Shown here in pieces: positions 1 through 12,931 of a stretch of DNA of 64,000 nucleotides. The stretch is taken from the NCBI GenBank assembly GCA_003971905.1, contig RSEE01000019.1:372001-436000 (forward strand), read 5' to 3'. The stretch comes from Moniliella sp. 'wahieum' (taxonomy: Eukaryota). Position 1 is the first letter of the stretch, and the number at the start of each line of letters is the position of its first letter. Under the pieces are notes generated by a model. The model did not search any database, was not told where the DNA came from, and saw only the letters and a list, made by a program, of their open reading frames with translations. A program made the position numbers and the translations under genes.

Positions 1-721
1 CAGCAACCCACGTCTGCAGGCATTGAAGTTAGTCCTATAATAACCAATGAAGAATATGAGGCGAGCATACCTTGTTTGCATCCAAGAACGACCGGTAACC
101 CTGGGGGCTCGCATTGGCAGACGCCATCAAGTTCTGATAATGAGTCTCCATTCTAGTCTCGATGCGTTCCATACGATCGTTCATGTGGTTGACAGCCCCT
201 ACGAGCATACGCAACGTCGTCACAATCTGGTCGGTATTAGACCCTTCCTGTAAATCTCCCTCGTTGAAGAGGGAAGGGACGGCTGGAAATGATCCTTCCC
301 GTTGGGCCCTGGGCATCGTATCATCGCCGTTGTCGAGCAAAGTGTCGATAGTTGGAAACATCTCGCCGAAAGTGCTCATCGCGCTGTTCCCATCGTTTTC
401 GGTATCAGGAGCCGGAGTTTCCCCCTCCGTTACGGCCTCCTGGGTCATATCATCATCCACGTCGATGTTTCCTGTGGTGGTCATGTCCAAGGCATTGTTT
501 GCATCCTCGCCATGGTACTGGGCTTGGGTTAGAATAACATTATTCTCAGAGGGAGCTGTCCCTTGCTGCGACAGTGTTGTCGGCCGCGCCTGGCGTGTCG
601 CCCTCGCAGCAGAAAGCGCTGATCCAGGACGGACAGAAGGTGTGCCCGCCCCTGCCAACGAGGTGCGGCGCCGGAGAGGAATCCGACTGGGGGTTCCTCT
701 TCTGACAATTGGAGGGGCCAT
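1..721 (-). CDS. Hypothetical protein, probable accessory gene of the transposon (partial)
   Basis: ORF MAPPIVRRG... with a low-complexity/acidic region and a short coiled-coil-like stretch. Intron GTATGC...CTAAC...CAG at ~70-15. Runs off the window. Confidence 0.5.
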
Positions 722-793
722 TGTCGGTACAGTTGGTAAGCTGTATAAGCACAACGGTGTTGGTTGGGAAGGAAGTTGTAATGCGCTTATACA

Positions 794-1223
794 CAAGGAG
801 GACCACCGGGCCTACGGCCCGGTCAGCTGGGGCTTCGCTCCAGCTTGATGCTGCGTCGCCACCTTAGCACCTTTTCCACTTCGCCACCGTAGCCACCGTT
901 CCACGGTCGCCAACACCGACATAGAGAAAATATAACCGATGCTTGCTGGCTGCAGGGGGCGTGGAAGGTGGCACGGGGCAGCTGATGTTAAAAGTGCACA
1001 GGGCGAATCGAGGGATAATATAGGACCGGATGGTGAGAACCGGAGGGTCCTGATATCCTGGCGATCCCTCTGGTTCCTTAACCTTGGTGGCGCATCCAAC
1101 AAGCAACCCCCGCAAGATGAACGGTTATTAGGTTTAGACGCAGGGTTCCCCCTGTCCCAGCCTTACGCTCTGTCAATGAAATAGACGCGATCTAGGGATA
1201 TTGTGAGAAGAGCCGCATCAGTA
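794..1223 (-). mobile_element. Short non-autonomous Helitron-like element, copy A, interrupted by a CRE fragment
   Basis: The minus strand ends with two GC hairpins then GGTCCTC-CTTG|T. Homologous to 45517-45566 plus 47368-47633, on both sides of the CRE insert. Confidence 0.6.
1023..1188 (+). mobile_element. 5'-truncated 3' end of a CRE-like non-LTR retrotransposon
   Basis: Matches the 3' ~160 bp of the 45567-47367 element (ccggagggtcctgatatcctggcgatcc...cccctgtcccagcctta). Degenerate TSD: gaatcgagggataatata (1005-1022) vs gatctagggatattgtg (1189-1205). Confidence 0.85.
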
Positions 1224-1647
1224 TGGTCTGTGTGTTTCGACCAGGGTCTATCGCGCCCCGTGCAGTTCAAGGAGCTCCGATGTTGTAACCATTAATTCAA
1301 TTTAACTTTTGCGTTTTCTTTTCCCAAGATGCATGATCTCCGCATCCCTAAGGTATAGCCTCTGTTGCTCTTTTTGATGCATCCTTGTATTAGGCGTGTC
1401 GTTGGCTGGTGGCGTATTCGACCACCACGACCAACACTATAGTGCTATCGCATCACCCATTAGGGTGGCCATCTGGACTGCCACTCTCATCAGATAGGGG
1501 ATCACGAATGTAATACGCCTTGGAAGAGCATCAAAAAGAAGCGGGAGAGCGTGCGTCTCTGGTCTGTATGGGACAGGGGGGGCAAGGTTTAAGGTTGGAG
1601 GGCCGCGATTGTCTGTCGGGCCGGTGGCAAGAAAAGCACCCACACCC

Positions 1648-4600
1648 ATGCATCATGTACAACCCATCGCCCATCCTTACCAAGTCGCCACCGCCATGCT
1701 TCGACCTCGGCTCAGTGGTGCCGCCCGATGGAACAAGCTCGCACACGTGCACAATGGGACAGAAGCATCTGCTGTACCTGTTTCCTCGGCCTGGTCCACG
1801 GTGCAGCAGAACGGGAGGTTGCTGTTCCAGTGCCGTGCTTGCCCAGTTCGACCGATGACCCAGTTTGATGCACTCAAGCACGCGAAGGTGCGCAAGCACA
1901 TCCATAACGTGGTGCTGGGTGCGAGGATGGGGGCTAGTCACGCCCACGCCATTGACGAGGTGGCCGAAGATGCGAGCATGCCCCCCCAGCCACCTAACGC
2001 ACGCTCGCCTTCCCCTGCTTCCCGTGCCTCTTCACCTGTAGACACTACCATGGCCGAGGACGAGTTAGGCCAGACGCAGCCCAGTGTTTCCTTTGAACCG
2101 CCTTCAAGAGCCCACGGGCGTGTCCTTTGCCGCCCGTGGGCGCGTGACAACCCGCTCGGCGCCTCGAATGAGCGTGTCGAGCAAATCCGCAACCAAGAGA
2201 CTCTCGAGCACTTGCTTTTGGGCCAAGGTGATGATGTGATCGGCGACGAAGATGACTCGAACTGGACTGATGCCGAGGATGACCTCGACTGGGACAGGGA
2301 GATGATGGGCGCAGGGTCGAACGCCACGGCGCACGCAGCCGGATGCATTGCGTCTTCCGCCACACAGAGACGGCAGCATCACGGCTGGCGGCCCAAGCCT
2401 CATGCTGCTGAAGCAAGGATCAAGCTTCTGGAACGACTGGTGGCCAATCCCCCAGCGTCATGGCCTGCCGCAGGCGTCTTTGAGTCACCAATGGTACGTC
2501 ACATGTCACATTCTTGCTCTCTTGCTCGTTTGAGTGTGACTGGTGAGATTAACCTGCCAGCCGCAGATCTGGGCAGTTATGAACGTGTTCTATGGCTCGG
2601 TATTCTCCTTCTCAAGGCGCCAGGCCCGGGCAGCATTGCTCTTGATGCGGCTCGCCCGCTGCTTGCAGTGCGCCATACCTACATGGCACAAGGTGTCGCA
2701 AGTGCGGAGGAAACTCAACGGGCCGTTCACATCTGTTCCGAAGTATGTTGACTCTTCTCTGAGCGAGACGTACTTCAGTCCATTGGATGAGATCGCACGT
2801 CTGGCGTATGGCAACACCCGCTTGCGGAGCGTGATCGAGGACTTGCCAGTGAAGCGAGCTGTGGTGCGCAACGTATCAGATGGCCAACGTTTCTATAAGG
2901 TCATGTCACGACAGCCGACTGCTGTCAACAGCTGCGGGAGAGTATTTTGGTTGGACGAACCCGCGGCTGTGAAGAGGCAGAGACCTGACACACAACCTCC
3001 CCATCCCCAGCGGATCGTTCTTGTCCAAGGATGGCACATTGAAGCTGACTCAAACGCTCCTCGGCGTGTAATGGCCCGTGTGAGAGACATGGTTCTGGAT
3101 GATGGTGCTGGAGGCGCCGCTGGCATGATACGGCAAACATATCGTGTGTCCCCTACAGCTGAACAATCGGTTGTTCCACTCGACGATCTCACGCCCTTCA
3201 AGGAACAGGCCTACCGTCGCCTGTCATTTCGCGACCAGTCTGGTGACGTTGTGGCGCAGAACTCGCTCCGCGCCATGTCTAAGGAGCATGGTGCCGACCG
3301 CGTTATCTTTGCACCCATGATGGCTTGGTGCGACGACGCGCGCGTTTTCAGCCACAGCCGGCAGCGTGCGGGTGCAACAGTCATCTACCTGTCCTGGGCC
3401 GGTCTTCCTCAAAGCCACCTGTTCGCGGATGAGGGTACGAGTTTGTTCATGGTCAAGCTGGGAACTGATGAAGTGCGCGCGTTTGAGGCCCTTGTGCGCC
3501 AGGTCCAGTATGTCTTTGTTACTAAGCTATCTTATATATATGTCACCGCTGACTGGCATTTCTGCTCAGGATATGGGGAAAGACAGGCATCAAGGGGGCC
3601 GACGGAATATCAGGCCGCCCGATTGTCCTCATCCCCCTTGTTCATGCTGTGGTAGCGGACAACCCAGCGGGAAACCACCTTGCTGCCCGTGCCCTCAGTC
3701 CTAGCCCCCTGTGCTGCCGTATTTGCGGGGCCAATTTCCAGAACCGCGGCCATGCTGACCAAATTCTGCATGTGCTCACAGGAGGTGTGAAGCGAAGCAA
3801 TAAGCAGATCCAAGCGAACCTCGAGAGGCAGGTGGATCACGCTATCCTGGGCAATAACGCTGCATACGACCGGGAACGCGCCGCGACGGGCGACAGGGAC
3901 CCCAACGTCCACCGACTCTGCTGCTCCTGTGTCGCCGACATGGACATGTTCGAGAATAAGGGTGAGAAGCAGCCCATTCACACTCGCCCGTCCCGGAAGG
4001 GATTTGCTTTGCCTAAGACAAGGGCTAGGGTCATTGAGCTGAACCAATCCGAGGCGGACGATCTGCGACGGAAGAGTTTCTTGATGTGCCCGGCGCTGTC
4101 CCTGCCGCAGTTTGATGTGGCGGACTGCTTTCCCCTCGACTTTCTTCACACCTTCCTCCTCGGAATAGGGAAGGACCTGCTAAAGTTGGTGGCGACAAGG
4201 GTGAAGCCTAAGGCGAAGGAGCAATTGGCGATATTCATCAGCGGTCTCAACACGGAGGGTATCCCTGGCGCAGAGGGCACCAAGATCCGAGCTAAGGGTT
4301 TGATGGCTAACCTAAAGACTGGGGTTGGGAAAGATGTGCGCACTATGCTTGTGGCTCTCCCATTCGCGGCACTCCCTATCCTTGAGACCGGAAAAGAGGC
4401 CAACAATGAGAAGGAGTTCACGTTTCCGATTCCGCTTTATGATGCTATCGTCGCGGCAGCCGACCTGCATGGTTTGCTTTCCAGGACATGGTACCCGGCA
4501 GCCGGGCAGGCCAGGGCCCAGTTCATGGTACGTCCCACAGCCTTGATTGATATACGGGTTTAGACGCTGACATGCCTGTTATGGCTGGAACAGTACCGGG

Positions 4601-5867
4601 TGACCCAGACTGCATACCGACTGATCGAACGCCTTTCGAGACTCGGCCCCGACAGCGCCATGATCGCGACGCGACCGAAGCTCCATCTCCTCCTGGCGCA
4701 TACGTCTGATGCTCGCTCGTTGTCCCCTCTCCAGAACACGGACGCTGCCAGATTCGAGGGTCGCGTGAAGCACATCCGTGCGTCCGTTGCCCATTGCAAC
4801 TTCCAGAACCTCCCGCGTGACACCTTGTACAACGTCATGGTCGCCGAGAAGATTCTGCACCACTCTTCACCGGGGTATGATGTGTCTAGTGACGGCTCGG
4901 TGGTGGCTCGGCCTGGAGCTCCTCCCGGGTGCTGGAGCAAGGGAAGGAAGAGCCCGACTACGACTCTGATGGCATGGCGATTCCACGAGTGGTGCTGGCC
5001 CCAGCCAAGAACCAATCCTCGGTGGGTTGCAACAACCTCACCGACGAGGAGCTGGGTCGTTTCCAGTTGGCGGACCGTGTCAAGGTGCGGGCGCAGTACC
5101 TGGTGGGCAAGGCGGCTGTTATCGCTACAGGGGAGATGATCCGTGTGGGGATGAACGTGACGATCGGCCAGAAGTCGGCCGAGTACAGCGCGTCCGCCGA
5201 CTTTGTTATTGGCAAGATCCTCCGGATTGGGCGCGACCCGTTGGATGAGAAGGCTGCCTGGGTCGGGTACAGGCCGTACATCATCACGGGTAGCACGCAT
5301 CGCTCAGGCTGCCGCATTGTCCGCGAACTCGATGATGGTGATGCTCCAGAAGAGTTTGCCCTATTGATGGTGAGCACCGATGAGTGCTGAATCCGGCTGC
5401 GTGACAATTGCTCATCAAGTACTGACACTGGGACATTGTGACCACAGGATGTTGGCAGCGAGGCGCCTCTCCAGCACGCCTGCACCAAGAAGTGCATGAT
5501 AGAGCAAGACGGCGAGAAAATACTGGTGCACAACTACGAGAAGGACCCAGTCTCGGGGGAGAATGAGGCGATGGAGTACTTCATCCCGGCGGCTTCTCAT
5601 TTTAAAGCCAAGAATGGGAAGCGGCTGGTATTGAACGAATACGCTATGCGAAGTCCACCACACCACAAGCCGCACATGGACTTGAGGATCAGCTGGAAGT
5701 CCCCCGAACTGAGCGCCAACGCGCTGAGCAAAGACGTGGCCCAGAGGATTGCAACGAACGGTGCCATGCACCTGTGGGACAAGCGCGCCAAGAAGAAGAC
5801 ACCTGCCGTGGCCGCTGTCGGAGGAGGGGGCAACAGCGGCGACTCTTCGGACAGTGATAATGATTGA
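1648..5867 (+). CDS. CMC/EnSpm-like DDE transposase (multi-exon, frameshifted)
   Basis: N-terminal CxxC...H...H zinc finger, then WCDD, ADNP...CRIC, PLDFLHTFLLG, RPKLHLLLAH, RFEG and a C-terminal QHAC motif, as in basidiomycete CACTA-like transposases. GT-AG introns near 2494, 3508, 4528 and 5370. Confidence 0.7.
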
Positions 5868-6569
5868 TGCGAGAACCAAATGGACATATGCATCGCGCGA
5901 TGAGGATGAGTATAGGTTTGGTGTCAGTAGTCAGTCGTCAGTAGCCAGGCCATAGGGTGGTGCGCATCCCGGACCCATCAGCCGGAACCTCTCGAGACGT
6001 GAGATGGGGCGGTGGGCGGCGCTTTGACATGATGCGCATGCGCACATAAGCTTCTTTTGCCGGCGAACGAGCCAGGTGACGGGTGACTGTCATGCGTCCC
6101 ATGCGCACGGGCATGGCCGAAGCGAAGGGGCGGTTATGGAGTAAGAGGCCAGACGGTGAGGCGTCGGTTGCAGCCCCAAATGGATGTCGCCACAAGCGTC
6201 GGGTCTCTGCCACGGCCTCCTCAGCCCCACTCCGCTTATCCAGCCGATCTACCCATTTTCCAATCCCGCCATGACCCATGTTTCAATTTTTCACACCCGC
6301 CCGTGTTTCTCTTTCCAGACAGCTGCGAGTTGCTGAGCAGGGACAGCCATGGCCTTGTGCAGTTACTTCAGAGGTACGGTTGGAGAGAGAGGTGGTGAGT
6401 GAAGTTGGAGAGCTTGAGGGCTGGAGCCTTTCAGGCCCCGCCCTGAGGGTGACTCGGGTGATTCGTGTGCAGGGGGTGATCATGGCGTCGAACGTGGCAG
6501 GCGCATGTGGAATTGCTTAAAATCGGTGTCTTTGGTTGCCGGTCGACGATAGGTCGATAGTAGCTTGTA

Positions 6570-6606
6570 GGCCTTAGGCCCTAAGGCCTAAGCTTAGGGC
6601 TTAGGG
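6570..6606. repeat. Cluster of TTAGG(G/C)/CCTAAG telomere-like repeats
   Basis: gccttaggccctaaggcctaagcttagggcttaggg, with units in both orientations. Confidence 0.7.
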
Positions 6607-7338
6607 CCAATTGATATTGGGTGCGCCGGGGTTTACGCGCATATATCGCATCATCGACATCATCGCGTCTTGTGTATGTCAGTACGTGTAGTACATAGGG
6701 ATGGAGATACATGAGATGGGCATATAGGGTGCCAATGTGGTCGTCAGGTGCCCCGCTGCTGGTCGAGAGCACTGTGGGGAGCGGGAAGCGGGAGGCGGGC
6801 AAGAGGGGTCAGCGGCCGGTCAGCGCGTACCGGTCAGCCTTGACTTCAGCGGCTCAGCTCAGCTCAGCGCCGGTCAGTCGAGCAACAATGCGCGACGATG
6901 CAGGGAGTTAGCGTCGCCTCCAGGGGCGGACCCGGGGTTTGGGGCTGTGACTACGGGGCAAGGTAGGTGTATGTGATGGTACTAAGAAGAAGAAACAAAA
7001 GGGACATGGGCGGCAAGCACGGTAGAGCCGAGATGGTGCTCACATAATAGCTCTCGTTGGGGGATACATTTCTGCCTTCACGGGGTGGAAGACACTTACG
7101 CTCACGTCGTGAAACTGATAAAGGACAGATAGAACTGAGGCCCTAACTGACACTTAGTGGGCACCTATGGCCCGTTGGGCGTGACAGGGAGAATGCAGAG
7201 GGGAACAGTGTAATGAGCACAGCCCAGGTCAATCCATATTCATTGTTTAGTAGTGTGGTTCCTGCTCCATAATGCTTAGGGTACTACCCGCTCAGCTGGA
7301 CTGATGAGAGACCGACATCTTGCGGAATCCCAGGTTGT

Positions 7339-9170
7339 TCACATCACAACGCACTTCTTGCTATTGCATCGGGATGGGGTCGGAGGAGGTTGTGGACGAG
7401 GGGTGCGGGAAGCCTGGGGCCCAGGGGTCTGCGGTGCTCGCTGTCCTCCTTGTCGCTTCCCGCCCTGCTTGAACGCCGACTGTTTGGCGGGCGAAGCCTT
7501 CACGGACGCGCCGTACTCTTCCGCTTGAAGACTCTGAGCCAACTGAGATCCGTTTGCATCGATGTCAACAGCTTGTTGGGGCCCGAAGAATGGGACGGTG
7601 ACTGAGTTTGCGAGCCTGGCGGAGCCGCGGATGGGAAGGAGCCGGGATCCTGACCAGATGAAGCGTGTCGATCGACCGGATTTTTTGGAGGTCTCCGGCG
7701 AGCGACGTTAAAGCTTCCATCAAAGAACTCACTACCCGCCTGGTCCACATCCACCAAGCTTTCCCACACCACAGAAGAGTGTCTCAGCAAGGCAGCGTCT
7801 GTAGCCAAAAGGTACAGAGGCGGCCCTTGCTGCATCCCCTCATCCTCCTTCTTGCGGTAGATAACCGAGACATGAGAGTTGCGGAATAGGGCAGCAAGCT
7901 CGCCAGGACGAAGGGATTCGGTCAACGCGAATAAACCCGAGTAGGTCAACTGCGTGGGAGAGCGATCAAAAAAGTCTTTTAGGGCCAACGCTGGGGGAAT
8001 CCTTAACGTCAACAACTCGTTCGTATAAGAGACTGCAGGCATCCACATACCATCATCCACTTGTTGCCTTTGCTCTTGGGTTAGTGATTTCCCCTTTCGG
8101 CACCAAGCGCCTCAGGGGTGAATTGAAAGAGCGCACCCGAGGAAAGGGAGTCAGCTTGAGCAATCAACATCATAGCAGAGTCGTAGTCTGTTGTACGCTG
8201 CGTCGCTTTTAGCACCCGCTCGTCCGCTTGATCAGGCAGCCATCCGTGGACCAAACGCACTCCCGCTAATTGAAACAAGGCGCGCGCTCCATCCCATTTT
8301 CGTCGAATCCGAGAGCGGCAGGGGCAAATGAATCGCAAGTATCAAATTGAACATTGACCGCCAGTCCAGTCTGCGTCGAGGGCAAGGCAGTCAAGGCTGC
8401 CATGACGTCCGCCTCGGCATCAGGACCTTGCTTAGCTGCGCGCGCAAGCAAATAGTTAGCCAGTAGTGATGAGAGGTACTCATAGGTTGCAAACGTTTTG
8501 GTAGGTGAGATGGTGATTTCGCCCCTCAAAATCAATACGTTGGCCAATGCAAGAATGGAGCATGGGCCATTCACGTTCTGTTAAGCCAAAGGAGAAGTGA
8601 TTCAGGAACTTGAAAATACGTTAAGGGTACTCTAGAGCGCATACGCACCTGCGTTAAGATCCTCCTCGGCTGGCCAAGCCAGGTCACCTCTTTCAAGTCC
8701 CAGTGGAGCTCAGGTTGAACCGCCACTTCGCCTGGCGCCGACACGTGATGAGGATCGTCAGGCAACAGCTGAGCCTGGGGTTCGGCCAGCGGAGAGGCGT
8801 TTGGGGGTTGTACATCGAGCGGGTGTGATGCCTGCACCCCCGAGCCAGACTGCTCCGTGGCCGCGCCAGATGGGCTGAGGGATGAGGAAAGAGTGGGAGG
8901 ATCATTGCTGCGTAAGGCATCCCGCCTTACAGGAGGCGTGTCAGCACGAGTAAGGGAAGTTGATAGAGAAGGATGAAGAGTGGAGTGTGCAGCTGGATCC
9001 TCGGTCGAGACGGGCAAGGCAGATTCAGAGTCCTGTTGCATTGGTGGTGGCTGTTGGGCAGATGGTTCGAGTGCATGCTGAGGCTGAGCAGGGGAATCAG
9101 AGACAGAAACGGAGACGGCGGCTGACGCAGCAGCGCCTTGCGCCTTGCCGAGGGGGGTATCGGATGACAT
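7339..9170 (-). CDS. MINDY-1/2 (FAM63/MIY)-family deubiquitinase with C-terminal CAAX motif
   Basis: Catalytic NGPCSILALANVLILRG, LVHGWL, FRNSHVS, LYLLATD, VWESL. Ends KKCVVM*. Intron ~8648-8578. Confidence 0.9.
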
Positions 9171-11471
9171 GAGAGCGTGAGCCTTCTCGTGGGGTTGTGC
9201 GTGAGGCGCGTGAGGCGGGGAGGATGCTGCGGACTGCGAGCGGTGGTGGCCGTGAAACGCTGAAGCGGGGGGAGGCAGTGTGCCGGGTCTTGTCCTGTGA
9301 CGTGTGCGAAGGGTGTTGTCCATCCCAGCATCTATGTCTGAGATCATTAGGTCTGTCTGACATCTCACAGCACGGATGCTCAGACTGAGCCCTGCGGCTG
9401 ACGTACTGACATGCGCTCCAGCGCGCGCATCCCACGCAAGATGCAACAGCCGGAGCTAAATGTTAACGTAATTACGCGCAACGCGTAGCGCATAACGCGC
9501 AAGGATAGCTACTGGTATCTACGCACGTGACGTCGCGACTTGTGGTGATGATGCGGTGAGAGGTGAAGCTGGAGCGTTTCAACATTGAATACATCAGCCC
9601 AAACGTCTGACGCAGTACTCTCTCGTCACGTGTCACGCGTCACACGCGTCAGGCCCTGTATGGCCTCCATCGACTTCATCGATCATCTCCTTCCCTGGCT
9701 GCGCCTAACCGCCTAACCCCCCCCCTAACTCACCAAACCTGGTCCCATCACCCAGTAGCCCGTACACTCGGATTTCTTTCCCTACAGAGGTTACTTTTCC
9801 TTCTCCACAACTTCTGCTAAAAAAACGTGTCGAGTGTGTGTATCTTCTATTACCATATGGCAGGAGGCAAAGAAAGTGTGCAACCCTACTGCTCCCCGAC
9901 CTGCACGTGACGGATGGGTGGGGCTGGCTACGCCAATGATCGGGCATATGACGAGTCGCGTCGACGCGTCCCTCCACTACCTTAAAAGGGGAGCGGTGGT
10001 GCAAAGAGTAACCGTGGCACAAGGCGGAGTGGTGGAGCAAGGAGGAGATGTGAAGAGCAATTGGGGTATTTGCCACAACGATACGGGGGGGGGGGGGGGG
10101 GACAAGAGAGGGGGGGGGGGCAAAGGGGATCAGCGGAACAAGGGAGGGGATGGCGCAAGGATGATCGGTGGTCCAGAGGTGGTGGGCTCGATCCATGCCG
10201 AGGACATGCCTTTGGGCTTGAAGCCGAGGTGGCCGCACGCTTGGCAGGGCTGCATATGAGCCGGCTTGGGGTGGGTGGTAGTAACGTGTCTGAAGCCTCC
10301 GGGGCTTAGGGACGCGTAGATGCAGTGGAGCGGACAGACACTGCCAGGGCTGACGCATGATGGCAGTGGTTGTCAAAGGAACCCACGCGACATGCTGTGG
10401 TATGGAGAACCGACGCGGCTGATGGAAGGCTCGCGCGACTGGGCAGATGGAAAGCTGGAGGACGAGATTGGATGATGAAGATGATGCAGCTAAGTGGAGA
10501 CGAGAGGTTGCCTGTATTACTGAATCAATTTGGCTGGAAACGTTCAGGAGTTGGACAGGAAAGGCGGGAAGGGACGAGAACGGAAGGTGGGAAAGGATCC
10601 CACCAATCGTGGATACTGACTGTTGGTTGGCCCTTTTGGTAACCCCCTTCTGTCTAAGCCCCATCGCACTGGGATAGATGTTGACAGAGCGAAGCAGACG
10701 AACCTGCTATAGAGTGCGACTTGGGAGCACTCGCGATCCTATGGATGAGCCGCAAAGCAGCCTTCAGACAGGCATGAAGGCAAAGGGGTGACCACAAGTC
10801 TACAAGCATCTGAAGGAAAGAAGGCAGGAGAGAGAGAAGGGAGATGGAGCGAGCAGGGCGTGCGCGGCTTGCGAGTGGAACTCTTTCGATCGGCTAAGCG
10901 AGAGCGTCACCGATTCACTGAGGGCGCAGGGGAGGCCTAGCACTACCACCCCAACAGAAGCAAGCGGAGGCTGCGAAGGGACTAAGAATATCATCCGATA
11001 GCACTTCCTCGTAGCGATATATGGAAGGAGGACCGGATAGTGTAGGTGTATTATATAGTTGAACGTATATCCTTCAACCACATCGCACAACATTCGCGCC
11101 ATCTTTTGGAGGCTCTCCTACCGTGTAGACGCCCTCCTCGATATCAATAAAACAAAAGAGACGTAAGTGATTATCGTTATTGATCGTCGATGGAGAACCA
11201 GTACGTGTGCATATGGAAGGGCGTATAGTCTACTGCACATTCCCCTAGCGGGAATAAAAATCACCTACGCACGTCGAACTAGATGACTGCCATGCGTATA
11301 CGGCGGGGGCTGGGCTTTGAGTCACCTTCATGGTCCATCATTCCATGCCCGCAGAGGGCATGGGATGAGAAGAGGGGTTACGCGTTACGCGTAGTCTCAT
11401 AGGCAGCACTTTGGTCTGGTAACTCGGAAACATTGACATGGTTCACACGTCACAATCTTATAGAAAGAAAG

Positions 11472-12008
11472 CGTGATGGGGCCTGGAGCACTGGGAGGAT
11501 CAGGAATGGAGGTGGACCACACACTGCGCGACACGGGAACGCAAGAGGCGCAGAGCGCGTACCGGGGTGGTGCACGAGAGCACTGCGTCGCCTTTGGAAC
11601 GCCGGGAGAAGGAACTGCTTCGGCTGCTTGAACAAGCAGAATTCGACAAGAACGCCAAGTACCAGGGACGCACTCAAGAGCCGTTTTTCCCCCTGGTTTT
11701 GACGACGCGAGGATACTACGGCGCCAAGACAGCGGGCAAGCTGTTTGCGCATTGGAAGGATTTGGCTACTAAGTCTCAGTGGGAATGGTTCCTCGCTCGG
11801 ATGTCAACTACGTTCATCCGTGTCCACCAGCGCTTCCTAGGGTACGGGACCTAATGGCGAGAACCGGAGGGTCCTGATATCCTGGCGATCCCCCTGGTTC
11901 CTTGACCTTAGTGGCGCTTCCACAAGTAACCCCCGCAAGATGAACGGTTCGGTTTAGACGTAGCGTTCCCCCTGTCCCAGCCTTAAGCTCTGTCAATGAT
12001 ATGGATTC
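11472..12008 (+). mobile_element. 5'-truncated CRE-like retrotransposon (endonuclease C-terminus plus 3' UTR)
   Basis: Encodes ERREKELL...FPLVLTTRGYYG. Perfect 9-bp TSD GAAAGAAAG at 11463-11471 and 12009-12017. Confidence 0.9.
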
Positions 12009-12017
12009 GAAAGAAAG

Positions 12018-12230
12018 TGCGAGCACTGGACGGAATTAACTGATAAATCTCATTGTAGGTGTGGTTCGTATAGGTCACATGTCTACCACGCTCATTCGTC
12101 TCCACGAGGACTACAATGACGGGTTTGGAAGCGAATGGCGGGAGCCAGATGGATCCTGATTTAAGGGAGCCGGATAGGCGCAACGTTTCCTTGTCCCATC
12201 CTTACGCTCTGTAAAGGATGCTATGGATCC
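12018..12230 (+). mobile_element. Old, diverged CRE 3'-end relic
   Basis: Reads HWTELTDKS...MSTTLIRLH...EWREPDG vs HWKELATKS...MSTTFIRVH...GWREPEG in young copies. Tail gtcccatccttacgctctgt resembles the CRE 3' UTR. Confidence 0.75.
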
Positions 12231-12931
12231 TAAAGTAGGGCATTATGCTTGAGAAGAAGTTCTGCGTACTAGCTGTTTAGGGATGGGCTCTGCTGGACGG
12301 CCGCATACATATAATTTGTCATTGTTTGGCTCTGCAGTTAGCGTTACAGTTTGTATGAAGGACGTTGACTATGAACTGAGGAAAGTAGGAGGGTGGCTTC
12401 CATTGCCGAACGAAAGGTTTTTATTGTTTGTCCAGAGCTATATGATCCATCTGGTCAAGTTAACCTTAAGTGAATGATACTGATACACTCTATGGCATCG
12501 TCTTGTGCTGATATTTACCTACGTTCTGTGACTGGGTCAGGATCTTTTCCACCACAGACACCTGCAGCTCCACTAAGTATCTTTCGATGATCATAGCCCT
12601 TGGTATCTTCTTTTAGAGTGACTGCGCTTACGAGTCCAGGCCTAGGCTTGGACAATACCCGAGTGGGACCACAGTATACGAGCAGACGAACGATGGAAGC
12701 TGGGAAAGGAAGTGCATTTAGGTCAGACGTAGCTGCCTCATGGTTGGGATATAGAAACCATTGCCACAAAATAGAGTGGCATGATTGAGTGTGGTATGCT
12801 GAAGAATCTTATCCCGACTCCCTGCTCTTCTTTTGTCCCGCTGTCCTCTTTGTTCCCATTCCCTCTCCACCCACTATAGGTGGCATGCCGTATCGTGAAA
12901 TAAAGATGAACGTCAGGCATCGAATGTTAGC

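Larger units (their letters stand above)
1..6623 (+). mobile_element. CMC/EnSpm(CACTA)-like DNA transposon; left end outside the window, right end tentative
   Basis: Contains a multi-exon DDE-type transposase (1648-5867) and a divergent second gene (1-721). The candidate right terminus reads CACCC... on the minus strand at 6623, next to TTAGG/CCTAAG repeats. The matching TIR is not visible. Confidence 0.6.

Noticed and set aside
794..1188. Bipartite SINE made of the CRE 5' and 3' ends
   Set aside because: Disfavoured but not excluded. TSDs flank only the CRE part, host homology continues beyond the CRE 3' end, and the hairpin end fits a Helitron CTAG|T terminus on the opposite strand.
9705..10664. 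319-aa minus-strand ORF
   Set aside because: No recognisable motif, and it runs through homopolymer tracts. I cannot support it as coding.
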